The notes under the pieces: generated by a model
Database searches by the model: none
Told to the model about the DNA's origin: nothing
The model's input: only the letters and a program-made list of their open reading frames with translations
Source of the DNA: Callorhinchus milii
Lineage: Eukaryota
Reading direction: 5' to 3'
NCBI RefSeq assembly: GCF_018977255.1
Contig: NW_024704742.1
Coordinates: 82,462,001 to 82,526,000, forward strand
DNA length: 64,000 bases
Part shown: positions 37,931 to 50,498 of the stretch, one piece after another
How positions within the stretch are numbered: position 1 is the stretch's first letter
How the letters are laid out: each line of letters begins with the position of its first letter
Position numbers and translations under genes: made by a program

Positions 37931-38719
37931 TGCATTTCTTTCACTCAGAGAGTTGTTGACAAGTCAGTGCCCTGCCAAGTAAGTTGGTGGAAGGAGCGTC
38001 CATTGTTGATTTCGAAAGGGGAACAGGTATATGAAGGATAGAGGCTTGAAGGGGCATGAGGATAGGACAGGGCAGTGGGATTGAATTCATACCTTGTCTG
38101 ACTGCCAATAATGACTCAATGGGCTGAATTGCCTCCTTGTGTGATTTAAATTTCTATTGCTCTAGGAAGCATGTTGGCATCACCACTCGCATCTTAAGTA
38201 TTGTGAGGAACTAAATCTAAATGGGAGGTGTTAGAATCCCTCCCACATGTGTGTGACTGGCGTTTGATCCTTGTTGTTCATTTGAATAGCACTGCACAGT
38301 TGTGTACATGTGTAATCTCATTAATGCTCATGGAACTAATTAGTTCCTGCATAATCCCTATCTCTATCCTTTGACATTTTAAACTTTGAAACTATTATCA
38401 GTCTGTTACATATCTTTACTGCTTCCAACTTAAGTAATATTAAATTAGCTAATGCACGTTGATTTGCACTGTAAATGTAGAGCCACTCCAGTGTATTATT
38501 AAGCCTGAGTTTGCCTAGTTAAACATGGCGTATGTTCAGGAATATTTAATCATGAATCAAAATTAATTGTTGTTCAAATAATTCAGGAATAATTGACTTG
38601 TAAATTGGTCATGTGTTTTGTAAGGAGTGGGGTTATATTATTTGCGACATGACCTTTAAGTATTTTGAATATCTGAAACACAATTGTCTTTCTCCAGATG
38701 AAGACCAACATAAAATAAA

Positions 38720-38925
38720 AATAAAATAATTCTTGCATTTGCTAAAACATCAGGAAGGCATAAAGTGAACAAATTTTATCCTGAGGAATGTTGGCCAGGA
38801 CACCGGGAGAAATTCCCTTCTCTTTTCGAATAATGCCATCGGGTCTTTAACATTTATCTGATCAGGCAGACAGAAGCTCAATACACTGTTCATCCAAAGG
38901 ATGGCACCTCCATCAATGCAGTGTC
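38720..38925 (-). mobile_element. Deu-domain SINE, internally deleted
   Basis: TGTTGGCCAGGACACCGGGAGAA...CAGGCAGAC...CATCCAAAGGATGGCACCTCC. Confidence 0.82.
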
Positions 38926-39575
38926 CCTTTATCCTATGAATTTATTCGGATATTTTCTTCAGTTCTGTGAGGGATGAGCTACAAAAAAGAATTTGAGAAC
39001 TAATGAGTTGATGGGTTTAAATGATGTGATAATAAACTGTGATAATAAGTTGTTTTTATTGGAAAACAATCGCTAGACATGATTTTTTCCTTAAGGCTAC
39101 GTAAGCACAATTTTCCGTGCAACGTTATGTGCAGTTAGGGAATAAGGGAAAATCTGTTACGGTCTCTCTAAGTATGTTGTGCTGTGCAAACATTAGGCAC
39201 ATTTCAATAAGTAGACTTGTTACAGTTTGCTTGCTGCAATGGTCCTTTTCACGAGTTATTGTAATTTTATTTGGAGTGTAATGCCAGTCAAACTAAATTT
39301 TCCTGCATGCAACTTGGAATTGTTGGGATGTATCGAAGGATAACATTCCAAAATTGCTCATATCGGTATTTTACATTAAAGCAAAAGCAGCAGAATTTTA
39401 GTTATCCCTTACTAAGTTACATGAAAAATTGTTTCTGCTTGACTTACACCATTCATTTACAATCTCTATTTGGCGATTTTGCACCAAACGTAGTGGGTAA
39501 CAAGGAATAAGTTAAATTCTGCTGCGTTTGCTTCACGTATGCAATGTTCGCCTTCTTTCTAGCTACACTTACAGT

Positions 39576-39889
39576 TAATAATAATAATCCTTGCATTTAA
39601 TACAGCGCTTTTCACGTCTTCTAGACGTCCCAAAGCGCTTCACAGAATATACTGTAAAGTGAATTGACTGTATATTTGTGGGCGAACGCGGCAGCCAATT
39701 ACGCACAGCAATGCCCCACAAACAGTCGTAGATTGAAAGTGATCAATTTATTATTGTTTTTGGAGGGATTATTATTAGGCTCTGTGTGGAGTATGGAAAC
39801 TTGCCCAAGGTTTCGCCTCTGCCTGGGATTGAACTCAGGTCTCTCACTTGCAAAGCGAGTGCTCTAACCACTGAGCTACAGGACTCCAC
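39576..39889 (-). mobile_element. tRNA(Ala)-headed SINE, short form, full length, young
   Basis: Near-consensus copy with ACACAGAGCCT marker and TAGAA loop. Confidence 0.95.
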
Positions 39890-40261
39890 ATTATTATGCC
39901 TCTTTGTGGGACATTTTAGTGCAAAAATGGGTTGCTTCATTGGCCTACAAAATACACAGTCACTGTACTTTATAGTAAATTCTCTGAATCACTTTGAGGC
40001 ATTATTCCTAAAGGTAGGTCTAGACCACACTTTCCAGTGATATGAAAATATGATAACTATATTTTTATGTAATGAATAGTAGCCACCTGTTGATTTGTTG
40101 AAAGCAATTTATTTTCCTATTTTATAAAATGATTTAGTAATATTCTTTTGGTGAAATAATTTGAAGATATAGGACCTACTAAAACCTTAATCTGCTTTAT
40201 AAATGTATATAAATCAGCTATTTATACTCTTTGCTTAGCTGTTCACACTATGATGATGATA

Positions 40262-40618
40262 TTAATAATAATCCTTGCATTTAGTATTGAGCCCTTCACA
40301 TCAGGAGGCCATATCAAAAGCGCTTCACAGGATTTACTGTAAAATGTTGAGACTGTGTATTTTGTAGTTGATTGTGGCAACCAATATGTACACAGCAATG
40401 TCTCACAAACAACCTTAAAGCAAATTACTAACTTTATCTGGGTGGTTGTTGGCCTGACAATTAGGAGAAAGTCCCTTTCATCATAAGGATGGCACCTCTA
40501 ACAATGCAGCACTGCACTGGAGTGTCAGGTTAAACTATGTGAGTCTGTCCCGACTTCAGAATTGAACCACAACCTTTTGACTAGGAGGCAGGAGTGTACC
40601 AACTGAACCAGGCTAACA
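40262..40618 (-). mobile_element. Deu-domain SINE, near full length with internal deletion
   Basis: Tail, AAGGATGGCACCTCTAACAATGCAGCAC core and head ending ACCAACTGAACCAGGCT. Confidence 0.87.
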
Positions 40619-40641
40619 TTATTATTGAACTTAGGCATACA

Positions 40642-40735
40642 CTGTCAGAATTATTCAACACTGAGTTTTCTTGACAAAGCAGACTGAGAAACACCCTTTG
40701 TATTGCTTTGCCTCAGTGTTGAATAATTCTGACAG
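40642..40735. repeat. Perfect 24-bp inverted repeat with 46-nt spacer
   Basis: CTGTCAGAATTATTCAACACTGAG (40642-40665) and CTCAGTGTTGAATAATTCTGACAG (40712-40735). Confidence 0.96.
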
Positions 40736-41157
40736 AGCAATTGAATAAAATCATTTTAAAATAAACTAGGACATTTTCCCTTTCCTTGTGTGATACAAGC
40801 CAGATAAGAGCTGATGGGAATTTATTCCACTTGTGAAGTTACAACTTCTGTTACTTATTCTTGGTCTTGTCACCTCTGAATAATGTGGTGCTTCTGGGAT
40901 GTTTGTGTGGGGGGTTGGGAGAATAGTGTGTTGGATATAAGACAGAAAGATGAAATACCTAGCAATATAGACTTGGATAGTATTGAAAAGAAGCATGAAG
41001 ATAAGAATGAAGGTTATAATTTAATTCCTTTTAAGAATCTGTTGCGACAGGATATCCATGAATAGTATTAACAGCTCCGGATTTAAACTGCTGAATCCCA
41101 GCTCTGAGGAAAGGGAGAGCATGTTTGTGATATAAAGTAGGAACCTCGGACTGAATC

Positions 41158-41377
41158 AATAATAATCCCTCCAAAACCAAAAACAATAATAAATTGGTCA
41201 TTTTCAATCCACGACTGTTTGTGGGACATTGCTGTGCGCAATTGGCTGCCGCGTTCGCCCACAAATATACAGTCAATTCACTTTACAGTATATTCTGTGA
41301 AGCGCTTTGGGACGTCCTCCCGACGTGAAAAGCGCTATATCAAATGCAAGGATTATTATTATTATTATTATTATAAT
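41158..41377 (+). mobile_element. SINE 3' module only, young
   Basis: Begins exactly at AATAATAATCCCTCC and is almost identical to 37379-37593. Confidence 0.94.
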
Positions 41378-41807
41378 TTCTGATGACTCTGTTTTGATGC
41401 CAGTTTGACTTGGGGAGAAAGATTACTTCCCATCAGACTCCAAAAAACAATGTGAACTGTTACTGTAACCAGGAGAGATTCAGCAGGAGTAGGAATGTCC
41501 TAACATTTCCTCAAGTGCTTGTTGGAGTGAAATTCCTAAATACCACTTAGGGGAGATGAAATGACTGGGCACTGGATGGTATGTCAGATGGAGTGCGGTG
41601 GGTGAGGGTGTAGTCAGGCAGGCGGAAAGCACTAGTTTACTTTGTATCCATTTTCAATTAATGCTTATTTAATTATTTAGACTCAAGTTGACTTCGAAAA
41701 TAGAGAAATGTTTTCAACCACTGTGACAGCGCTTCACATGAATTACTATGACTCTAAAGTGGAGAGATCATATGTTTTTGTTGTCAGCTATTTTGTGATT
41801 TTCCTGA

Positions 41808-41829
41808 TCTCTCTCTCTCTCTCTCTCTC
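41808..41829. repeat. (CT)n microsatellite
   Basis: About 11 TC units read directly. Confidence 0.95.
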
Positions 41830-44339
41830 ACTTTGTACAAGAATAAAATGATATGTAATCTCACTTGGTGAAACTGAATTAAGCTGCACTGTGGGCCTTG
41901 CTTCTAGCTTAACTTAGTTTCTCCTTGTCTTCTGGCCAGCAATCCTCCAGATAAAAAATTGTAATTCACTCCATGGGTATTTATGGGACATTTACTTTGT
42001 GAAAATTGGCTGCTGTGTTTGCTCACAAAACACAGTCACTCACTTTACAGTAAATCCTGTGCTTTGAGATATTTCAGTGATGTGGTAAGGCATGGTAACA
42101 ATTATAAGGATTGTTTTATCTTCAGGGGTAGTGTAGAAATATAGGCAAAGTTTCCATTGTAAGTTACCTGATGGTTAGACTCAAGAGCTCTGAGGCACTT
42201 CCAATGTGAAGGGCGCGGTATGAATCAAATTGTTGTAGATCTGTGATTCGACTAGAAAGCCAGCATAGCTGTGCATCAGACGAGTTAGCACACCACATGT
42301 CTCATTTTACACTTTAGTTTGTTTTAATTTTTAACAAAGTATAATTTTATCGTTTCTTTATGTTACATTTTCCATACGTTGGGTTTCTAATCCTCGTCAT
42401 GTGCAAATTTTTACTGGATGTCAATCGACTGGAACTATAGTCTGTATCTGCTGAGCTACCATCTGCCCTATACTCTCTACTCAGCTATATAAAAGTTATA
42501 GATTAATTATGGGGCCTCACTGGCCTCCTTGCCCTTGTGAAAAGGATAAAGGGGAAGAAAGTGTTGTGAAATGTTTGCAGACACTGGGTTATGTTTCATT
42601 TATGCCAACAGTAAGTGACATTTATATAGTGCCTTTCTCATAGAATAATATCTCCCTTCCTCCCTCCCTCTCGACACTATATTAAATGAAAGGATTATTA
42701 TTATTGTTGTTATTATTGCTGCAACATGGGAAACAATGAAATAATTGTAACGATACTAAGAAGTGAATGAATAGGTTTATTCCCCCAGAGTCATTGTAGT
42801 TATTTTGTTGATGAAAGCCAGCACCTGGTAGTGCATGAACAATGCCGTTGCTACTTTCTGAGGTGAAAGATAGCTTCAAGTTGATTTAAAAATAAGCCCA
42901 TTGAGCCCTCCACAATGTTCAGTGGAAATGCAGGCATATGATTTTGACTCCTAATCCTATTAAATACACAGCTAATTACACCATGACTTGCTGCAATCAT
43001 AATTAACAGATTGTTTTGTGTGTGTGCGAGGAAGGATTCACTCTGTGAGGTCTCATTATCATACATTTCTTCCTCAACACTCAAGAGCATTTCATTCATC
43101 TGTTATTTTGCCTGGTTTATTTCAGGAGTGGATCCTTTTGACGTTGATGTGGGAAAAGCTGTTCTCGATATGCTGATTTCCACATAATTTTCCAGCTCTT
43201 GTGCTTTTCTTCACACAAATGTTACCAGCAAGAAAGTTTGTTTTGTTTAAAAAAACACTCTCACAAAGTTTTGTAATTAGGTTTCCCGAACTCTTACAAG
43301 ATCAAATGCATTTTTTATATTGTCCCCTTGGTATTCATTATTTAACCTGATGTAAACAGATTCTCACACAAAACTCTAACCATGAATACAGTGCAAAAGA
43401 GATCAAAGGCTTCATTAATGGGAGAAATCATTTTTGTGTTTGTTATTTATCTTTTATCTTAAAAAAGATCTTTAGGATGATTTCACCAGCCTTATCGTAT
43501 GGGTGCCTTTGTGACTTTGATTCCTGCAGCTTTAATCCTTTGAGTATTGAAAGGCAGTTTTAGCTTTGAACATTCATACATCTTTCCCTTCATATATCAT
43601 CTCCAGAGTTGCTTTAATATTCCGATGAAGAACAATATCAGGAGTTTGAGAAATCTAATGCACTACGCTAACCATTCTTTAAAAAAAAATCTTTTTTTAA
43701 AACCACAGATCTGTATAATACTTTTGATTTTGGTGCAAAAATCTCATGGCAATGTTCAGAGAAATTATGTGGCTGTTATAAATGTGTAGATTAAACAAGA
43801 AGGGAAATGGGAAGCAGTACTTTCAACCTTCAGTGCAGCAGCATAGAGAGCTTACAGTTCATTACAATTTATGCATATATAGCACCCTTCACTTCAGGAG
43901 GACGTTTCAAAGTACTTCTCGCAGCTGGCTGGGCACCCAAGCCAGGAAAAGCAGGGAAAGGTTATAGTATTGAAAGAAGCTGTTCTACCCATCATATTTG
44001 TGCTGGTACCAGCTCACCGCTTTTTCCTTCCCCTGCCTCACTGAAATTATAATAATAATCCTTGCATTTGATATAGAGCCTTATCATGCCGTTGAGACAT
44101 CGCAAAGAGCTTCACAGAATATAATGGAAAATGGTGTGTGGTTTGTAGGTAAACACAGTAGCTGTTGTGCACAGCAATGTTCTACCAATAGCTATGGAAA
44201 ATACTTTAATCTATTCCCTACTTTTCTCATTCACTTTAATATTATTTCCCTCAAGTATGTATTCAATTCTATTAAAATTATGTTATTGAGTCAGTTTTCC
44301 CACATCCATTGTGGTCCAATATTTCATATTCAAAAATGT

Positions 44340-45078
44340 TGTATCAGCCTGGCTCAGTTAGTACACTCATACATCTGAATCAAAAGGTTGTGGGTTCAAG
44401 CCCTATGATGGGACTTAAACTTATCAAGTCTAGGCTGACACTCCAAAGCAGTATGGGGTGTGGTGCAATGGTGGTGTCTCCTTCGGATGAGAGATTAAAC
44501 CAAGGTGCCGTCTGCCTGTTCAGGTCGACATTAAAGATCCCAAGATATTAGTTGAAGGGAAAGGAATTTCTATTGATATCATGACCAATTTAGGAATATA
44601 GGAACAGGATTAGGCCATTCAGCCCCTTGAGCCTTTTCCGCTATTCTATTAGTTCATGGCTGATCTGTACCTCAACTCTGTTTACCCGTCTTTGTTCCAT
44701 ATCCCTTGAAACCCTTACTCAACAAAAAATCTATCAACCTCAGTCTTGAAAATTTGAATTGATCCAGCATCCACAGCCTTTTGGGAGAGAGAGTTCCAGA
44801 TTTCCACTACCCTTTGTGTGAAAATCCCCAAAATAAAAGTTGTCATAAGTAAAATAAAATTCACCCTACCCTGTGTGAAGGGCACAATATAAATACACAT
44901 TGTTGTTGGTCATTTACTCCATGGCTGTTTGTGTGACATTTACAAATTGCATGCCATATTTTCCCACACAAAAACCCCACATCATTGCACTTTACAATAC
45001 ATCCTGTGAAGGACTTTGAGATATCCTCCTCTAGCTTGAAAGGCACTATACCAAATGTAAGAATTGTTATTATTATTA
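44340..45078 (+). mobile_element. Deu-domain SINE split by a CR1 3' end (44590-44822) and a short L2-type tail (~44847-44909)
   Basis: Head and Deu core (CTTCGGATGAGAGATTAAACCAAGGTGCCGTCTGCCTGTTCAGG) run to 44589; the tail resumes after the insertions. Confidence 0.82.
44590..44822 (-). mobile_element. CR1 LINE 3' end
   Basis: ORF 44715..44900 contains FTQRVVEIWNSLSQKAVDAGS; TAGGAATATAGGAAC terminal repeat. Confidence 0.9.
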
Positions 45079-45654
45079 GGACTATAATCCTGTGTATATA
45101 AGTATTTCTCTAATATCCCTAATTTTTCATGTGCGATGGTTCTCAATTTATACCTTCTTGTTACTGATTTATCGATCAGTGAAAATTCTGTTTCTCTATT
45201 TACATTGCTGAAACCAGTCATAATTTTGGCCATCTTTTATTGAGCTTTAAATATTCCCTTCCTTCCATGTCTTGGATACTGCTGAATTACAAGCACAAAT
45301 TCTCCTGTGTTGCTGATTGGAAGCTAAGTGCTGCTAAAACTGAATGGAAACAAATCTAAAGTCTTGGTGCAAAGAATACGCATCATTTATTATAAAACCC
45401 AGAATTTATAACATAAAGGAGAGCATGTGATCTGTACTATATGAGACAACCCTATTGTGGAGTTAGTAACAATCCAGATAACAGATCATCACACAATTGT
45501 AAAGTGCCTCCAGTGCTAAGAACGGGTTGTCAGGAATGGTGCTTCAGGCCAGGACAATGGATTTATTTAAAAAGCAGCTTGATGCTGTGTTGGGTAGGTG
45601 TCCTGGGGTTGCTGGAAGCATGAGATCAGATAGACTGAAAGGCCTTCTACATTT

Positions 45655-45940
45655 GTGGAGTCCTGTAGCTCAGTGGTTAGAGATTCCAGGCAGAGGGTGA
45701 AACCTTGGGCAAGTTTCCTTACTCCACATGCCTAATAATAATCCCTCCAAAAAAAAAAATAATAAATTGGACATTTTCAATCTACAACTGTTTGTGGGAC
45801 ATTGCTGTGCGTAATTGGCTGCCGCGTTCGCCCACAAATATACAATCAATTCACTTTACAGTGTGTTCTGTGAAGCGCTTTGGGACGTCCTCCCGACGTG
45901 AAAAGCGCTATATCAAATGCAAGGATTATTATTATTATTA
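45655..45940 (+). mobile_element. Short-form SINE with the anticodon arm and part of the B box deleted, inserted in a CR1 3' UTR
   Basis: GTGGTTAGAG joins directly to ATTCCAGGCAG; CR1 UTR continues on both sides. Confidence 0.92.
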
Positions 45941-46607
45941 ATATCCAAACCAATCTTGTGATCTGATAAAACTTCTTCCATCAGGAGTTATACTGTCACT
46001 ATTACACTGTGCCAGCCCTTCTCTCTCACTGGCCACTCTCTCTTTTTAACTTTATTTGACGTTTTCTCTCTTTGATTCTTTTCCTCTCTTTGATTTGTGG
46101 GCAGTTTGCAAACCCAAAGCGATCTATATTTTTTTCACTCCAGGTTCATTTGGACACAGAAGAATAGTTTGTGTTCTGCTGTGGTTAAAAAAATACATTA
46201 AAACATCGGGAGTCATTTTGAAAAAGTTCACAAAGCGTTAAGTTTGTCTACAAAACACACTTTCACTACACTACAGCAAATCTGTTGAAGCATTTTCAGA
46301 TGTCCACCTGACGTGAAAAACGATATATCAAATGCAAGGATTATGGTTACTTTAAAAACATTATCTTTATTAAAAAAAGATATTTTCAGGTCTTGATTAG
46401 TGCCGGGAATATGTAACATAAGGAATTGAACATAATGTAGTGTTGTTTTTTTCAGTAATAATAATCCTTGAATTTGGTATAGAACCATATCACATTGTTG
46501 AGACATCTCAAAGTGCTTCACAGGATTTACTGTAAAATGTATTTTGCAGGCGAATGACAAGGCAATGCTCATCAAAAGCTATGAAGTAAATGAGTAGTTA
46601 TATTTAT

Positions 46608-46807
46608 ATAATCCCTCCAAACCAAAACAATAATAAATTGGTCATTTTCAATCTTTGACTGTTTGTGGGACACTGCTGTGCGCAATTGGCTGCCGCGTTT
46701 CACCCACAAATATGCGGTCAATTCACTTTACAGTCTATTCTGTGAAGCGCTTTGAGATGTCGAGAAGATGTGAAAAGCGCTATATCAAATGCAAGGATTA
46801 TTATTAT
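46608..46807 (+). mobile_element. SINE 3' module only
   Basis: Begins at ATAATCCCTCCAAACC and runs to (ATT)n. Confidence 0.92.
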
Positions 46808-47169
46808 GTTATATTATTTGGGGGATTGCTAGGCAGGAAACTGTTCAGATTGCTCAGAGTTATTAAATATTATATTGTCATACATAAATATTGTATATGT
46901 CAATACAAATTGTAACATTTATATTGCCTTTGATCCAATAATAGCATTATTTTACCTCAGAGCAGCATGTGGCTCAAGAGTGGCAGCAGGAGGTAGAAAA
47001 GAAATTAGGTAACAGCAGGAACAGCACTCACCAGCAAGTAGAATACCAGAAAACAGGCCACATTATGCTCTACATTGAGCAGACAATCAGCCACAAGCAG
47101 GCACACACTTTACATAACAACCAGGCAGCCAGGCAGTACTGAAAGTTGATCATTTAAGTTAGTAAAACA

Positions 47170-47340
47170 TGGCTGAATCAGGGTCATCAGGTCGCCACCG
47201 ATTTCACTTTCTGCTTTGCGCAGCAAAAAGGGCAATGATGTTGAGGCAATCCAACAAACCGGAAATGTTTTTTCTTTCGGTGCGAGAACCGATCACTTGA
47301 ACACACGTGCAGTCAAACCCACTATCGCGTTTCACTTTAA
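47170..47340. promoter_or_regulatory. Candidate enhancer: CpG-retaining unique segment with a motif cluster
   Basis: DR2-like GGGTCA-tc-AGGTCG (47181-47194), TTTCACTTT twice (47202 and 47330), ETS-like ACCGGAAAT (47258), E-box CACGTG (47304). Confidence 0.3.
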
Positions 47341-48199
47341 TGTGGATTAGAGTTTTATGGGACCCAACACCCAGTTATAACAGAGCTGTGTTGTACTCTG
47401 CAACTAATCAAATTGTTCCTGACCAGGGAGTATGCTCAACTCTGATACTGGCAGATGTTGAAATGAGGAAGAGTTCCATTTCCCAGCAGGAACCACCATC
47501 GTTTTGATGAACGTCAAAATTTGCAATTTATTTTAAGAAAAACATCCATCCAACTTACTTCTGTGTGCCACACAGCCCAAAGAGAATGATTTTGAAAGAT
47601 TTACTTTTAGTAGGTTCTCAATCAAGTGACCACTTTTTGGTTGTCGGAATCTCCTGGGCTGCTGCTCCTAGGAGGCATGTGACTGACAGATGGCTTAGTA
47701 GACCCTAAGCAGTTGATCCTCTATCATTTGTTATTGCTGGCGTTAAAGTGCCTGCCTGCAGAGATGGAAGATTTTGTACAGGAGGACACCCATTGTTTGT
47801 AAGGCAATGCGACTGTGGAACAAAAGGCATGTTGAAAGGCAAAGCTTTTGCCAATAGGCATAGTAAAAGGTTTAAACAAGAGAAGGAAGTTTCTCCCAGT
47901 GTTCTGGCCAGCAAATAAAATTAATCATTTGCATCATGGCTCTTTGTGGGACATTGCTGTGCATAAGTTCCCTTCATGAAACACACCATCAATCAACTTT
48001 GGGACTTCCACCCAATGTGAAAGCTACTATCTATACCAAATGTAGGATTATTATTGTTGCCTTGCTTTATGGAAGTAGTGGGGAAGAATTCAATTGTTAA
48101 ATTTCACCTGCCCCAACCAAAATGTTAATTTTGTTTATCAGACCTACTCCAAGAGATTGTTCTTTTGTCCCTGATATTTTCACATATTAGGGAAGATAT

Positions 48200-48848
48200 T
48201 GCCCCGCAATATCGCCCGGCTCCACCACTGCCTCACAACGCAGGTCGCCGAAACCCTCATACACGCTTTCGTTACATCGAGGATTGACTATGCAAACTCA
48301 CTGCTTGTCGGCCTCCCCAACTCTTCCCTCCATAGGCTGCATATTATCCGGAACTCTGGGGCACGTGTCCTCTCCCACATTAGGCTCTACGACCCTATCA
48401 CCCCCATCCTTGCCCAACTCCACTGGCTTCCCATCACACAGAGGATACAGTTCAAGATCCTGGTCCTCATCTTCAAAGCCCTCCATGGTCTTGCTCCCAC
48501 CTACCTCTGTGACCTCCTAAACCCCTACCATCCTGCTCGCTATGGCCTGCTTCACATTCCCCCACCTCGCTCGCCCCACTATTAGCGGGTGGGCCTTCTG
48601 CCACTCTACCCCCACCCTCTGGAACTCCATCCCGCAGTCCCTCTGTCTCATCCCCTCCCTCGCCACCTTCAAGACCCATCTCAAGACCTCCTCTTTAACG
48701 GTGCTTTCAATCTCCCTGCTTCCCTCCATGCCCTCCACCTTCCCCACCCCGATTCCTAGCTCAGGTCTGAAACTCTGTCTGTCTAGCGACTTGGGACGTC
48801 CTCCCAACGTAAAAGGCGCTATACAAATGTAATTTTGTTGTAGTTGTT
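48200..48848 (+). mobile_element. L2 LINE (family A) 3' fragment
   Basis: ORF 48199..48585: RNIARL...LIHAFVTSRIDYAN...LHWLPITQRIQFKIL; tail GGGACGTCCTCCCAACGTAAAAGGCGCTATA. Confidence 0.95.
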
Positions 48849-49059
48849 GATATTCCACTTGACACTGACCTTATGAACTTTGCTGATGTACAATTCTAAT
48901 AAGAGAATAAAGAACAATACCTATAAATCCAATATTTACACTCATTGTCAACGTTGCTGTACATAGCAACAAGTGAAACCTCACCCCATTACTATCTTTG
49001 TGTTCCTCTTCTAAAATGGGGATTATTAGGACTGTGAGAATGCCTCACTGAATAAAAAC

Positions 49060-49232
49060 ACTGCCCAGCAAGGAACTAAGTTGCACAGCAGGAAGGATTC
49101 CAAATTCAACTCTTGATGTATGCTGAGTTATCTCATCACAGAGAATGGCAGTGGGCCACTTAAACAGGCTCTTGTCTTTTTGGAGTGAAGGAAGGGAAAA
49201 AATAGGCTACGTGTGCCTGATCCATTGACTGG
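49060..49232 (+). mobile_element. AmnSINE2-like relic
   Basis: CAGGAAGGATTCCAAATTCAACTCTTGATGTATGCTGAGTTATCT...GGAAGGGAAAAAAT resembles 8872-9115. Confidence 0.55.
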
Positions 49233-49261
49233 ATTTTTAGCAATTTAATAACAATGATCCA

Positions 49262-50498
49262 TGTATTTGACCTCTCTGCTGCCCTTGACATTTCTGTTGC
49301 TTTCGACACAGTCGACCACTCTATCCTCATCCACCGCCTCTCCTCTCACCTCAACGGCTCTGTCCTTGAATGGTTCGGATCATACCTCTCATACCGCCTC
49401 CACTTCATCTCCACAACCAGCTTCTCCTCTAGCAGGCGGCGTTCCTCAGGGCTCTGTCCTTGGTCCCCTCCTCATCAATAGCTATATGCTTCCTCGTGGT
49501 GACATTCTCCGCAGAAATGGGGTCAACTTCCACATGTATGCCGATGACACCCAACTCTATCTCTCTGCCTCAACCCTCGCCTCCAGGACCACTGCTGTCC
49601 TGACAGAATATCTGTCAGACATCAAGTCCTGGATAAGAGCTAACTTTCTTCAGTTGAACATCAACAAGACCGAGGCTCTCCTGATTGGCTCCCGTCAGCG
49701 CCTCCTCACCTCAGGCGCTGACAGTATCACCATCCATGGTTGCACATTCCACCTTACTAAGCCAGTCCGGAACCTTGGCGTCTTGTTTGACCCTCAACTA
49801 TCCTTTCTGTGCCATGACGCGCTCTGCCTTCCCCCAATTCTGCAACATCGCCTGACTCCGCCATTGTCTCAAACCGCAGGTCGCCGAAATCCTCATACAC
49901 GCTTTCATTACATCGAGGCTCGACTTTGCAAACTCACTGCTTCTCGGCCTTCCCAACTCATCCCTCCATAGGCTGCATATCATCCGGAACTCTGGAGCCC
50001 ATGTCCTCTCCCACATTAAGCTCTGTGACCCTATCACCCCCATCCTTGCCCAACTCCATTGGCTTCCCATCACACAGAGGATACAGTTCAAGATCCTGGT
50101 CCTCACCTTCAAAGCCCTCCATGGCCTTGCTCCCACCTACCTCTGCGACCTCCTAAATCCCTACCATCCTGCTGATTCCCTTCGCTCAGCAGGTTTCGGC
50201 CTGCTTCACATCCCCCGCCTCGCTCGCCCTACTATGGCGGGCGGGCCTTCTGCCACTCTGCCCCCATCCTCTGGAACTCCATCCTGCAGTCCCTCCACCT
50301 CACCCCCCCCTTGCCATCTTCAAAACCCATCTCAATACCTTCCTCTTCGACTGTGCTTTTGATCTCCCTGCTTCCCCCACTGCCCTCCACCCTCCCTGAC
50401 CCTGACCCCCAGCTCTGGTCCAAAACTCTGTCTATCCAGCATCTTGGGACATCCTCACAATGTGAAAAGTGCTTTACAAATGTAATTTTTTGTTGTTG
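49262..50498 (+). mobile_element. L2 LINE (family A), 5'-truncated, frameshifted RT
   Basis: [32 protein letters not shown] and [11 protein letters not shown] motifs; stem-loop and (TTG)n tail. Confidence 0.96.

Larger units (their letters stand above)
36690..38165 (+). mobile_element. CR1 LINE split (36690-37092 and 37931-38165) by an L2 fragment that itself contains a SINE
   Basis: CR1 ORF2 end (GEKLFPLVGQSATSGHS) breaks at 37092 and resumes with TTCTTTCACTCAGAGAGTTGTTGAC and the 3' UTR. Confidence 0.82.

Noticed and set aside
48200..50498. Two very similar same-strand L2 copies that look like a tandem duplication
   Set aside because: Different 5' ends and indels and unrelated flanks indicate independent insertions of family A.
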